Shown: in pieces, positions 37,765 through 47,987 of the stretch | How the letters are laid out: each line of letters opens with the position of its first letter | Numbering within the stretch: the stretch's first letter is position 1 | Source of the DNA: Acidobacteriota bacterium | GTDB taxonomy: Bacteria; Acidobacteriota; UBA6911; RPQK01; JAJDTT01 | Length of the DNA stretch: 64,000 bases | Assembly: GCA_965263035.1 (NCBI GenBank) | Contig: OZ253580.1 | Span: 4,544,001 to 4,608,000 of the forward strand | Reading direction: 5' to 3' | The notes under the pieces: model-generated | What the model was told of the DNA's origin: nothing | Database searches by the model: none | Seen by the model: the letters and a program-made list of their open reading frames with translations, nothing else | Made by a program: the position numbers and the translations under genes

Positions 37765-39162
37765 TTGGATCACCTGCTGGTCGACCGGCTCGTCGGAGCC
37801 AGCCTGCGCCTCGGCACGCCGCTGCCGGGCGGGGTGGCGATTCGTTACGACAAACCCGTGGAAGACGCCACGGCCTTCTACACCACCGTCTTCAAGGACG
37901 GCGACCTCTACCGCATGTACTACCGGGGTGCGCTCTTCGAGAGGAAGACCACCTGCTACGCCGAGAGCCGCGACGGGATCCATTGGACCAAGCCCGACCT
38001 GGGACTGGTCTCAGTCGACGGCTCCTCTCAAAACCACGTGATCCTGCCCGAGGCGCGCCAGTTCGTCGCCTTCATCGACGGGCGGCCCGGCGTGCCCGCC
38101 TCGGAGCGCTACAAGGGGACTTCGCGGGGACCCGTCGAGCCCAACGCCCTGGTGGGCTTTCTCTCCGGCGACGGCATCCACTGGCGGATGCTCCGGGACG
38201 AGCCTATCGTGCCCAAGGTCCTGATCAACCACTTCGATTCGCAGAACGTCATGTTCTGGTCGGAGGTGGAAGAGCAGTACGTGCTCTACGCCCGGCACAT
38301 GGAGGGGGGACGACGCGCCACGGCGCGGTCCACCTCCAAGGATTTCATCAACTGGACCCCCCAGGTCCTCATGAGCTACAGCGACACCGGCACGACGACT
38401 CCCTCGCACCACCTCTACGCGAACCAGACCCAGCCCTATTTCCGGGCGCCCCACATCTACATCTCGCTGCCGGCCCGGATCATCTTCGCCGACCCGCGGC
38501 ACATCAAGCGCGAGGAGGACAAGGAGCTGGCACGGGGGCGCCAACGCATCATCACGCCCGAGCTCCGGGACTTCGTCAAGGAGAACATGCCGCTGATGGG
38601 CACCGCGGGGACGGGGGACCACTCCGACGGCGTCCTGCTCACCACCCGGGCCGGCTCCACGGTCTACGACTTCACCTTCCGGGAGAGCTTCGTCCGGCCC
38701 GGAATCGGCGTCAACAACTGGACGACCCGGACCAACTATCCGGCCTGCGGCATCGTCCCCACCGGCGACGGCGAGATGTCCTTCTACATGCAGCGGAACT
38801 ATGGGCAGAAAGGCACGGCGTACCTGGAACGGATGACGCTCCGCCTGGACGGCTTCGCCAGCCTGCACGCGCCCTATCAAGGGGGCGAGATGGTCACCAA
38901 GCCGTTGCGCTTCAAGGGAAACCGTCTGGAGATCAACTACGCCACCAGCGCGGCCGGGAGCCTCCGGATCGAGATCCAGGACCCCAAGGGCCAGCCGATT
39001 CCAGGGTTCACGTTGGACGAGTGTCCCGAGATCATCGGCGACGAGATCGAGCGGAACGTCGCCTGGAAGGGAGATCCCGACCTGAGATCGCTCTCCGGCA
39101 AGCCGGTACGGATGCGTGTGGTCCTGAAGGACGCCGACCTCTACTCCATCCGTTTCCACTGA
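37765..39162 (+). pseudogene. Beta-propeller copy 2, 5'-truncated (no signal peptide)
   Basis: Near-identical to copy 1 from DHLLVDRL onward; upstream sequence differs. Confidence 0.8.
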
Positions 39163-39181
39163 CGCGGCCACGGTGCAGGAA

Positions 39182-40852
39182 ATGAAAAAACACGGATTCC
39201 TCCTGGCGCTCATGTTGGGCATCCTCTCCTGCGGCAGCCCTTTCCCGACCCCGAACGTCGCCTCGAAAGGGGAGCCGAAGCGGGAGCGGCGGGTCCTTTA
39301 CTACGACTCCGCCGCCGTCCAGTCGCACAGCTACCTGGACCGCGGGAAGGTGGAACCGTACATGAGCCTCATCTACGACATCCAAACCCACGACGACTTC
39401 CTGGACGCCAGCGTGCGCATGGTCAAGGGAACCCAGGTGGACACCTACCTGTGGCACATCGGAAATGGGGCTGAGCCGCCGTGGAATATTCCAACGGATC
39501 TGCTTTGGTCCTGTTTTGATTCCTACGAGCAGGTGAATGACATCGTCATCCGGGCCTGCCGTGAACAGGGGTTGGAGGTCTGGGCGTCCGTGCGCATGAG
39601 CGATCTTCACGCGGCCTTCCGGTCCCGGACCCTGGAGGAATTGGACGACGTCTTCAAGACGCAACACCCCGAATACCTGATGGCGCCGATGACGGACCGC
39701 CAGCTCCCTTCCGAGCTGACCGAACAGCGCCTCTGGGTGTCGCTCGACTACACCCATCCGGAGGTTCGGCAGCATCGTCTCGACTACATCGCGAAGACCG
39801 CCGCCAACCACGACTTCGACGGCTACGAGCTGGACTTCAACCGCATGGGGATCCACTTCCCCATGGGACAGGGACGCCGGAACGCCCACCTGATGACGGA
39901 CCTGATGCGGCAGATCCGGGAGCGGCTGAACGCCATCGGAGACCAGCGGGGGCGGCCCTACACCCTGGCGGTCCACGTGATGGATTCCCTGGAGACCAAC
40001 CTGGAGATCGGTCTGGACATGGAGGCCTGGGCCCGGGAGGGGCTGGTGGACGTGCTGCTGGTGGGCCTGGGATACATGCCCGACCAGTTGGCCATTGGCC
40101 AATGGGTGCGGTTGGCTGGGGAGACGGGAGTGCAGGTGTATCCGTCCATCAATCCCAACACCATGCGGGCGGGCGCTTGGGAGACTCTGCGGGGTAAGCC
40201 TCTGTTCCGCGAGGGAATGCGGGCGTACGCCGACTACTACCTGGACCAGGGCGCCGACGGCATCTACCTGTTCAACTTCCGGCATGAGCCGACGCAAAGG
40301 CTGACCGAGGAGGAGTTCGAGGGGGTGCTGAGCGAGTTGGGAGAGCCCGAGACCATGGCCGGCGAGGACAAGGTCTACGCCATCAACCCTACGGCGCACA
40401 GTGGCGGGCCGTTCTATCACGGCTCCGAGCCGGCGCTTCTGCCGATCGTGCTGGACCGGGTCGAACGGAAGCTGCGACTCCATCTGGGTCCCGCCGCCGA
40501 AGACCAGCAGGCCAGCCTGCGTTTGAGCGTCTACACGGCTAAGGCCGGAAAGGCGACCATTCTCTGGGCGCGTCTCAATCACACTCTGTTGTCCGAGCCG
40601 GAACGGGACGGGGATTGGTTCCACTTCCAGGTTCCTGCGGGTGTGGCTCGGAGTGGAATGAACAAGGTGGGCCTAGTTTCGAACGTTCCCGCCGCCGGCC
40701 CCTTCGCGGGCCTAATCGGTCCCCCCAACGCCGACCCGGCGGAGTTCCTGAAGCAGGCCTTCGGCCGCGTCAAGAACGTCGTCCAGCCCGACCAGGAGCC
40801 GGTGGTGGTCCACCAGATCTTTTTGGAAATCAGCTACGCTGAGGCGTCCTGA
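39182..40852 (+). CDS. TIM-barrel glycoside-hydrolase-like lipoprotein copy 2 (intact)
   Basis: Lipobox ILSC; RMSDLH, DYTHPEVR, DFDGYELDFNR, GADGIYLFNF. Confidence 0.75.
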   Translation: MKKHGFLLALMLGILSCGSPFPTPNVASKGEPKRERRVLYYDSAAVQSHSYLDRGKVEPYMSLIYDIQTHDDFLDASVRMVKGTQVDTYLWHIGNGAEPPWNIPTDLLWSCFDSYEQVNDIVIRACREQGLEVWASVRMSDLHAAFRSRTLEELDDVFKTQHPEYLMAPMTDRQLPSELTEQRLWVSLDYTHPEVRQHRLDYIAKTAANHDFDGYELDFNRMGIHFPMGQGRRNAHLMTDLMRQIRERLNAIGDQRGRPYTLAVHVMDSLETNLEIGLDMEAWAREGLVDVLLVGLGYMPDQLAIGQWVRLAGETGVQVYPSINPNTMRAGAWETLRGKPLFREGMRAYADYYLDQGADGIYLFNFRHEPTQRLTEEEFEGVLSELGEPETMAGEDKVYAINPTAHSGGPFYHGSEPALLPIVLDRVERKLRLHLGPAAEDQQASLRLSVYTAKAGKATILWARLNHTLLSEPERDGDWFHFQVPAGVARSGMNKVGLVSNVPAAGPFAGLIGPPNADPAEFLKQAFGRVKNVVQPDQEPVVVHQIFLEISYAEAS

Positions 40853-40966
40853 CGCGCCTGGGCCTCCAGTGCTAGGTCCACGATCAACGGACTGGAGCCG
40901 CGCTGGTCGAAGCATCATTGCGTTGGGAGCAACTCTTGTAGCTGCGACCCTTGTGGCCGCCTGTCG

Positions 40967-41311
40967 TTACCGTTCACCAGCATGCAGCGCAGGTCGAATG
41001 CCGTGGCGGCTTTCGCCTTGGGCTACCAGGGCCGCAGCCGGTTGAATGCCGGCAATCAGTCTGTTCCTGTCCCCCGCTAGCTTGCGGAAGTCGCACTCGA
41101 CTTGGATGCCATGCCAGAACTTGTCCGACTGACCGAAGAAGGCGCCAAAACGAATCGACATGGGCGGAGTGATCGACCGCCGGCCAAGGCCGATTTCGTT
41201 TATCGTCCTCGGTGAGACACCGACGGCGCCGACCATGGCATTCTGTGAAATCCCCATCGGCTTGAGGTATTCTTCAAGCAAAATCTCTCCGAGCGTGATG
41301 GGCTCTTTCAT
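40967..41311 (-). CDS. higA: HigA antitoxin copy 2
   Basis: Paralog of 35172..35516. Confidence 0.9.
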   Translation of the reverse strand: MKEPITLGEILLEEYLKPMGISQNAMVGAVGVSPRTINEIGLGRRSITPPMSIRFGAFFGQSDKFWHGIQVECDFRKLAGDRNRLIAGIQPAAALVAQGESRHGIRPALHAGER

Positions 41312-41320
41312 ATCTATATC

Positions 41321-41334
41321 CTATAATATTATAG
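41321..41334. promoter_or_regulatory. Palindrome CTATAATATTATAG upstream of higA-2 (candidate operator)
   Basis: 14-bp perfect palindrome; counterpart at 57512. Confidence 0.5.
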
Positions 41335-41343
41335 CGTCATAAT

Positions 41344-41622
41344 TCAATGGTAGTCAAACTATCGCCACCTGTACTGGTCCGGCATCGGTCCACCTGAAGA
41401 CGATGCGCCACCGGTTGTTGACGCGAATGGAATGAAAATCTGAAAGTGGACGCTTGAGAGCTTCGAGCCTGTTGCCGGGCCATATGGCATGATCCCGGAG
41501 CACACGGGCTTGAGTCATCTGGATCAATTTTCGTAGCGCAACTCGCGATATATTGGCGAACTGGCGGTTGTTTTCGATTCCAAATGGTCTTTCTTGGCTT
41601 CGTCCGAAAATGATTGAATCAT
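41344..41622 (-). pseudogene. higB: HigB (RelE-type killer) toxin with two frameshifts
   Basis: MIQSFSD start at 41622; shifted ALRKL..PGNRLEALK..HSIRVNNRWRIVFRW; terminal IVDYH broken by an extra T. Confidence 0.8.
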
Positions 41623-41930
41623 GGAACTCTTGTGGAAAAGAGGCATGCTTGCCTGTGTTTGGCAATAGTCGGTTACACGACCTTTGCAGATCACCTGTTT
41701 GACCTGCTCCGCGTCGTGCTCCGGAATCGGTCACCGGACGAGAGCGGTCGGTAAAGATAACGGGCTAGACGTTCCCAGTGGAGGCGAAGGCGGATTCGTG
41801 ACTTATCATTCTATGATTAACCAGCTATCTTGTCTCGATGACTAGAACTTGACTCTAAAACACCAGTCGCTATCAGGTAGCCGTACCCACCCGTAAACCG
41901 CTCTCTTGACTGCAGAGTGGTCAATGTTTC

Positions 41931-42956
41931 CTACGGAATGCTCAAAAATGCTAGTAGTTTCTCAACTTGTTTCCTCCGATCCCGTGTCAAGCGACTGAGT
42001 GCAAGGCATTCAATCGTTGGCCTCATCGTTCCGCCCTCGTATTCTAGACCCTCAACTTCCGCACTTGCTTCGAGAAATACTTTCCATGCATTGTTTGCTT
42101 CTATAAATTTCATCCGTTGCTTGTCGGAAACCACCTCGAATACCTCATCCAGAGCAGAATCCAAACGCATCTTCTCCTTTGTGAAGTCTTCCGCTGACAC
42201 CATATTCATTTCCATTTGTGTGAGTGGAGCATCTGGGAAGAGTGTTTGGGAAATCAATGCTTCCGACGCCTTCAGGAGTAAAACGCAGTGGTCGAAGCAG
42301 TTGTCGATTTCATCCTTTACTATTTCAAATTTTGATGCAACTTCATGGCAGAAAATATGTCGGAGTTGAAATGTCCTGTCTACATATCGACAACTCTCCT
42401 CTATATCCGAGATAATTGCGACTCTCGGCTTCTTTCTGACTTCAACATCCCATCGATCATAGACTCGCGACACGCTTTCCTTAAAGTTTATACCCAAGAG
42501 TTGGCTCATTGGCGATAATATGTGATCTAATTTACTGACTGGAAGATAGTGAGCGATTATATCTCCAATCGTAATTGTCCGACCGTGTAGGCTTTTCACT
42601 ATGTCGAAGTCCAATCTTTTCTTGGGCATCAACTGCTTCGAATTGGTCAAGTACGGCTCACCTAAATCAATTATCTCTTTGATTGCCATCTGAAAATACG
42701 ATTGAATGCATGCCACTAGTGCAATTGGGAAGTACCGAAGCAGTTCCTTATTTTTGGGGTCCAATCTTCTGTAAGAGTATTCCAAATGCTTTATCCGAAT
42801 CAGCAGTTCCGCACTCGAATTATCACAGTAGCGACGTGTGTTGGCCTCTAATATTTCTTTTATTACTCTTTGACGGTCCATCATTTGTCGTGAATCCAGA
42901 TTATTCGTGCCACATGTTGATAAAAGCTTCTGGTCCGAATTTGTCGTGTAGGTCAC
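41931..42956 (-). CDS. HEPN-like domain fused to C-terminal LprI/DUF1311-like domain
   Basis: RHIFCH (Rx4H); TQMEMN..RLD..NAW..GGTMRP..C..LTRDR; AT-rich. Confidence 0.65.
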   Translation of the reverse strand: MTYTTNSDQKLLSTCGTNNLDSRQMMDRQRVIKEILEANTRRYCDNSSAELLIRIKHLEYSYRRLDPKNKELLRYFPIALVACIQSYFQMAIKEIIDLGEPYLTNSKQLMPKKRLDFDIVKSLHGRTITIGDIIAHYLPVSKLDHILSPMSQLLGINFKESVSRVYDRWDVEVRKKPRVAIISDIEESCRYVDRTFQLRHIFCHEVASKFEIVKDEIDNCFDHCVLLLKASEALISQTLFPDAPLTQMEMNMVSAEDFTKEKMRLDSALDEVFEVVSDKQRMKFIEANNAWKVFLEASAEVEGLEYEGGTMRPTIECLALSRLTRDRRKQVEKLLAFLSIP

Positions 42957-43208
42957 CGCTTGTTACTGAATCGGCTCATAAATAGAACAATTCGGCAAGT
43001 AATACATGGTCCAGAGGCGATGGGGTGCGTCACTCGCCGACAGGTTGACTGGCCGGCGAAACCGGGCGGCCGCTTCGTTCGCTTCCACGCGGGCACGATT
43101 CCTCCTCGGTTCCCCGTCCCGACACGCAAAACACGGCGATTATTCACCTGACGCAAAAATAATCCTGTGTTACTCTCTTTTCATGGTTGATTCACGGGGC
43201 GGCGCGAT

Positions 43209-43322
43209 CTAGTCGAGTTCACGCTTCGCACGTTTGCCGAAGAGCTTTTCCATGATCCCGGCATCGGTCCGTTCCGTGATGTTCTTGGGCAACCGACGTT
43301 TACGCTTGGGAGTTTGAGCCAT
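43209..43322 (-). CDS. 37-aa basic micro-ORF divergent from the transposase
   Basis: MAQTPKRKRRLPKNITERTDAGIMEKLFGKRAKRELD, inside the IS. Confidence 0.4.
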   Translation of the reverse strand: MAQTPKRKRRLPKNITERTDAGIMEKLFGKRAKRELD

Positions 43323-44268
43323 GAGAAAGTCCCCGAAGAAAAAGAAGGTTAAACCGGAGATGAACCTGATCCGGCTGATCAATCGGTTCTCCTGCGAAGA
43401 GAAGTGCCGGGAATTCCTGGAGCGGCTGCGGTGGCCGGAAGAGGTCTGCTGCACTAGATGCGGTGACACCGACGTCTACGAGATCCCCAAGCGGAACAAG
43501 TGGGCTTGTCTCGGCTGCGGCTACCACTTCAGCGTGACGGCCGGAACCATCATGCACGACTCCCACCTTCCCCTCCGGAAGTGGTTCATCGCCGTCTACC
43601 TGATGCTGGAGTGCAAGAAGGGAATCTCGGCCAATCAGTTGAAGCGAGTCCTGGGAGTCCACTACAAAACGGCTTGGTATCTGTGCCACCGAACCCGCGA
43701 GGCACTGGCGCATACCGAGATCGAAGGGCCTACCCTGTTCGGCATCGTCGAAATGGACGAAACGCTGATTGGGGGGCGCAGAAAGGGTGTCGGTCAGGGG
43801 AACCGGGAAGGCAAGGTTTGGGTCGCCGGAGCCGTCCAGCGTGGCGGGAAAATCCGCCTGGAGCAAATCCCCAACGTGAAACGAAAGACCCTGCACGGGT
43901 TCATTGACCGGCACGTCAAAGACGAGGCCGAAGCCATCTACACCGACGAACTGGCGTCCTATATGGGAATCTCCGACGGTAACACCCGCCATCAGACGGT
44001 CCAGCACAGTGCCGAACAGTGGGTTGTCGGAGACGTTCACACCAACTCCGTCGAGGGCGTCTGGAGTCTCTTCAAGCGATCCATCATCGGAGCCTTTCAC
44101 AAGGTCAGCAAAAAGCACTTGGATCGCTACCTGGAAGAGTTGGAGTGGCGTTTCAACAACCGAGACTACCCCTACATCTTCCGTGATGCCATGCGGAAGA
44201 TCGTCCGGGCCGAAACCCTGACCTACAAAGCGCTGATCGCCGAGAAGGAAGAGGTGGCCGCAGCGTGA
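43321..44268 (+). CDS. IS1595-family transposase
   Basis: RWP..CTRCG..CLGC, VEMDETLIGG, YTDE, VHTNSVEGVWS, YLEELEWRFN. Confidence 0.95.
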   Translation: MRKSPKKKKVKPEMNLIRLINRFSCEEKCREFLERLRWPEEVCCTRCGDTDVYEIPKRNKWACLGCGYHFSVTAGTIMHDSHLPLRKWFIAVYLMLECKKGISANQLKRVLGVHYKTAWYLCHRTREALAHTEIEGPTLFGIVEMDETLIGGRRKGVGQGNREGKVWVAGAVQRGGKIRLEQIPNVKRKTLHGFIDRHVKDEAEAIYTDELASYMGISDGNTRHQTVQHSAEQWVVGDVHTNSVEGVWSLFKRSIIGAFHKVSKKHLDRYLEELEWRFNNRDYPYIFRDAMRKIVRAETLTYKALIAEKEEVAAA

Positions 44269-44384
44269 GTTTATTGAAGCCACGAGATTGCCTCCCCCCT
44301 CTTCACTCGTTCTTTCAGGAGCGAAGCCACAGGTTCTCAACGTTGTCCTTTTCGGTCCATAGGGTTCGGTTCTTCCAGTTGGGA

Positions 44385-45074
44385 TTACTCACCGATCATC
44401 ACCTCCTCAACCTCAAACTCGTCCTTGCCTTTCAGCCGAAATCTGTAGTGGCGCTTCCACGATCCCTCAACCTTGCGTGCCCTGATCTCTACGCGTAGTT
44501 TCAGCCAGCCTGTAGGACCGGACCGGTAAAGTCTTCTCCCCCAAGACTCGTCTTTGTGGACAATGTTAGAGTGGTTCTCCCACACTCTTAATCCACCCGA
44601 ATAATCCCGTTCCAACTCGGCAATCTCAATTATAGCGACATCACCTTCTCGAATATATTGCTCACCCTTCCATCGCAGATTAAATGGACTCTGCCTAGTG
44701 ACGCCTGGGCCACTGATCCACCCATAGCCGTAGTGGGAAGCAGTGAGGGAAGCGCGGAGTTCCAAAGTGAAATCCTCGCCGCCACGGGGCGTGATCTTAG
44801 GCGGCATCGGCGGCGGGCGCTTCTTTACTGTTGCGACCGCAGTCATACCCCCGCCGCGTTCGGAAGACCACCTTTCCCCGATACTCATCAAGAAACAGAA
44901 TATTCCCAATATCAACGCTGCCCAAAACAAAGGGGGAATGTCTGCAAAATGTGCATACAAGGAGGCCGGGGTCACTGCAAAACCCGCCTTCCACCACGAT
45001 TGCTTTTGAAGCCATTCCCGGAGTGACACCATCCATTCGAGGTTACGAAGCAGGGAAAATAGACGCCTGAACAT
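44385..45074 (-). CDS. Hypothetical membrane-anchored passenger protein
   Basis: 229 aa with N-terminal TM segments and a soluble beta-rich C-terminus; within the TIRs. Confidence 0.55.
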   Translation of the reverse strand: MFRRLFSLLRNLEWMVSLREWLQKQSWWKAGFAVTPASLYAHFADIPPLFWAALILGIFCFLMSIGERWSSERGGGMTAVATVKKRPPPMPPKITPRGGEDFTLELRASLTASHYGYGWISGPGVTRQSPFNLRWKGEQYIREGDVAIIEIAELERDYSGGLRVWENHSNIVHKDESWGRRLYRSGPTGWLKLRVEIRARKVEGSWKRHYRFRLKGKDEFEVEEVMIGE

Positions 45075-45412
45075 GACACGGGCACACTACACGCCGCCCG
45101 CATTTGCGTCAAGTGAACAATCGCCCAAAACACGGGCTCCAGAAGCTACCATAATCGATGTTAACCCGTCGCCCCGACACAGCAATAAAAACTATTTCCG
45201 GCCCTGAGACAGAAATCGATACGCTACTCGCAAGGCCGGACCGAGAAAGAGACAGTCTACAACCCCCGTGTGCAAGGTTTACCGGAAGCATGACCGGGAC
45301 AGCTACATCGAACCGACGCTCAATGGGCAGACGTGATACGTGAAAGATGGGGTCCTGAAGAGTCTGGTCTGGAGGCGATAGGTGCCCTTGCTTCGTCGGC
45401 AGTGCAGATTGG

Positions 45413-45715
45413 TTACCGAGCCGAATCTTTCCGAGAACCAATCGGTATCTGGACGATTAGATCTTTACCGAATTTAATGCGGGCAACTTGGCAAGCCTGT
45501 CGGATGCGTTTCAACTTTTCGGAATTGCTGCAGTGCGTCGCAAGCCACCAACCGTTTGGCAGCTCCGCGGCGTAGTTTTGTGGCGCATGGTAGCCGGGGT
45601 AGAGGGCATCCCTGCTCTTGGCCACGTACTCTCTTAATCGTCCACGGTGGGTTTCAGCGTAGCGCCTACAAAAGTCGGAATCCATGGTGGCCAGTTTCCC
45701 GAATGCGGCGACCAT
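45413..45715 (-). pseudogene. C-terminal fragment (SeqA-C-like domain seen on restriction-enzyme-associated proteins)
   Basis: GRLREYVAKSRDALYPG..ELPNGWWLATHCS..ACQVARIKFGKDL; truncated at the module 3 junction. Confidence 0.35.
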
Positions 45716-45727
45716 GAGAGGCGCAAC

Positions 45728-45751
45728 CTATACTCCATCCGCTTCCACTAA
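45728..45751 (+). pseudogene. Last 7 codons of beta-propeller copy 3
   Basis: CTA TAC TCC ATC CGC TTC CAC TAA = LYSIRFH*, at the same spacing from the lipoprotein start as in copies 1 and 2. Confidence 0.8.
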
Positions 45752-45770
45752 CACGGTGAAAGTGCCCGAT

Positions 45771-47438
45771 ATGAAAAGACACGGTTTCCTCCTGGCGCCC
45801 CTGTTGGTTGTCGTCTCCTGCGGCAGTCCTTCCCAGACCCCGAACCTCGCCTCAAAAGGCGAGCCGAAGAAGGAGCGGCGGATCCTCTACTACGACTCCG
45901 CCGCCGTCCAGTCGCACAGCTACCTGGACCGCGGGAAGGTGGAGCCGTACATGAGCCTCATCTACGACATCCAAACCCACGACGACTTCCTGGACGCCAG
46001 CGTGCGCATGGTCAAGGGAACCCAGGTGGACACCTACCTGTGGCACATCGGAAACGGGGCCGAGCCGCCGTGGAATATTCCAACGGATCTGCTCTGGTCC
46101 TGTTTCGATTCCTACGAGCAGGTGAATGACATCGTCATCCGGGCCTGCCGTGAACAGGGTTTGGAGGTCTGGGCGTCGATGCGCATGAGCGATCTTCACG
46201 CGGCCTTCCGGTCCCGGACCCTGGAGGAATTGGACGATGTCTTCAAGACACAACACCCCGAGTACCTGATGGCGCCGATGACGGACCGCCAGCTCCCGTC
46301 CGAGCTGACCGAGCAGCGTCTCTGGGTGTCGTTCGACTACACCCACCCGGAGGTTCGGCAGCACCGTCTCGACTACATCGCGAAGACCGCCGCCAACCAC
46401 GACTTCGACGGCTACGAGCTGGACTTCAACCGCATGGGGATCCACTTCCCCATGGGACAGGGACGCCGGAACGCCCACCTGATGACGGACCTGATGCGGC
46501 AGATCCGGGAGCGGCTGAACGCCATCGGAGACCAGCGGGGGCGGCCCTACACCCTGGCGGTCCACGTGATGGATTCCCTGGAGACCAACCTGGAGATCGG
46601 TCTGGACATGGAGGCCTGGGCCCGGGAGGGGCTGGTGGACGTGCTGCTGGTGGGCCTGGGATACATGCCCGACCAGTTGGCCATTGGCCAATGGGTGCGG
46701 TTGGCTGGGGAGACGGGAGTGCAGGTGTATCCGTCCATCAATCCCAACACCATGCGGGCGGGCGCTTGGGAGACTCTGCGGGGTAAGCCTCTGTTCCGCG
46801 AGGGAATGCGGGCGTATGCCGACTACTACCTGGACCAGGGCGCCGACGGCATCTACCTCTTCAACTTCAGGCATGAGCCGACACAGCGGCTGACCGAGGA
46901 GGAGTTCGAGGGAGTGCTGAGCGAGTTGGGAGCGCCCGAGACCATGGCCGGCAAGGACAAGGTCTACGCTATCAACCCCACGGCACATAGTGGCGGGCCC
47001 TTCTATCACGGTTCCGAGCCGGCGTTGTTGCCCATCATTCTGGACCGGGTTGAGCGGAAGCTGCGGTTGCATCTGGGTCCGGCTGCCGAAGACCCGAAGG
47101 CCAGCCTGCGTCTGAGCATATTCACGGCCAAGGCCGGGAAGGGGACTATTCTCTGGGCTCGTCTCAATCACACTCTGTTGTCCGAGGCCGAGAGGGAAGG
47201 GGACTGGTTTCACTTTCAGGTTCCCGCGGGTGTGGCGCGCAACGGCATGAATGAGGTGGGCCTGATTTCAAACGTTCCCGCCGCCGGCCCCTTCGCGGGT
47301 CTGATCGGTCCCCCCAATGCCGATCCTGCCGAGTTCCTGAAGCAGGCCTTCGGCCGAGTCAAGAACGTCATCCAGACTGACCAGGATCCGGTAGTGGTCC
47401 ACCAGATCTTTTTGGAGATCAGCTATCCTGGGAAGTAG
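45771..47438 (+). CDS. TIM-barrel glycoside-hydrolase-like lipoprotein copy 3 (intact)
   Basis: Lipobox VVSC; near-identical to copies 1 and 2. Confidence 0.75.
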   Translation: MKRHGFLLAPLLVVVSCGSPSQTPNLASKGEPKKERRILYYDSAAVQSHSYLDRGKVEPYMSLIYDIQTHDDFLDASVRMVKGTQVDTYLWHIGNGAEPPWNIPTDLLWSCFDSYEQVNDIVIRACREQGLEVWASMRMSDLHAAFRSRTLEELDDVFKTQHPEYLMAPMTDRQLPSELTEQRLWVSFDYTHPEVRQHRLDYIAKTAANHDFDGYELDFNRMGIHFPMGQGRRNAHLMTDLMRQIRERLNAIGDQRGRPYTLAVHVMDSLETNLEIGLDMEAWAREGLVDVLLVGLGYMPDQLAIGQWVRLAGETGVQVYPSINPNTMRAGAWETLRGKPLFREGMRAYADYYLDQGADGIYLFNFRHEPTQRLTEEEFEGVLSELGAPETMAGKDKVYAINPTAHSGGPFYHGSEPALLPIILDRVERKLRLHLGPAAEDPKASLRLSIFTAKAGKGTILWARLNHTLLSEAEREGDWFHFQVPAGVARNGMNEVGLISNVPAAGPFAGLIGPPNADPAEFLKQAFGRVKNVIQTDQDPVVVHQIFLEISYPGK

Positions 47439-47513
47439 GAACTCGTCGTCAGTAGGAGCAACAACGGACAACCGGAACACGAGCATCCCAAATGGAAAGG
47501 AGGTGAACCGACG

Positions 47514-47732
47514 ATGAACTGGGAGGCCTGTTCGGCAGTGGAACGCAATCCCCGCAAGATCAGCGGAGCCTGGGCCTTCACCGGGACAAGAGTGCCGGTA
47601 TACGCCCTGTTCGAAAATCTGGAGAGCGGCGCCACCGTGAAGCAGTTCCTGGAATGGTACCCGGAGGTAAAGCAGTGGCAAGTGGCGGCTATTCTCAAGC
47701 ATGAAGTGGAATTCTTCAAAACGCCAGCCTGA
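47514..47732 (+). CDS. DUF433 antitoxin
   Basis: PRKISGAWAFTGTRVPV..LFENLESG..FLEWYP. Confidence 0.88.
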   Translation: MNWEACSAVERNPRKISGAWAFTGTRVPVYALFENLESGATVKQFLEWYPEVKQWQVAAILKHEVEFFKTPA

Positions 47733-47734
47733 CC

Positions 47735-47900
47735 ATGAAGATCCTGTTCGACGATGGGACGCCGGCGCCCCTTAGAAACCATCTCCGGGAACATTCAGTG
47801 GACAGATCGGCCGAGAAGGGGTGGGAATTGCTGGAAAACGGAGAGTTGATCCGCAAGGCCGAGGAGGAAGGGTACAAGGTCATCGTAACCACGGACCAGA
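47735..47900 (+). pseudogene. PIN-like (DUF5615/VapC45-type) toxin truncated after TTDQ
   Basis: MKILFDDGTPAPL..GW..NGELI..AE..VIVTTDQ, then unrelated AT-rich sequence. Confidence 0.75.
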
Positions 47901-47987
47901 GGGGAATTATAGCGTTGACTAGACCTTTCCCCATCTCCCGTCTCCATCCATCCCAAAGTCATATTAACGTGGTACAGTTCTTCCACC

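Larger units (their letters stand above)
43135..45125 (+). mobile_element. IS1595-family element with passenger gene
   Basis: 23-bp TIR GGCGATT(A/G)TTCAC(C/T)TGACGCAAA; 8-bp TSD CAAAACAC. Confidence 0.93.

Noticed and set aside
31863-47438. Diversity-generating retroelement explaining the near-identical repeats
   Set aside because: No reverse transcriptase; differences are mostly synonymous and not adenine-specific
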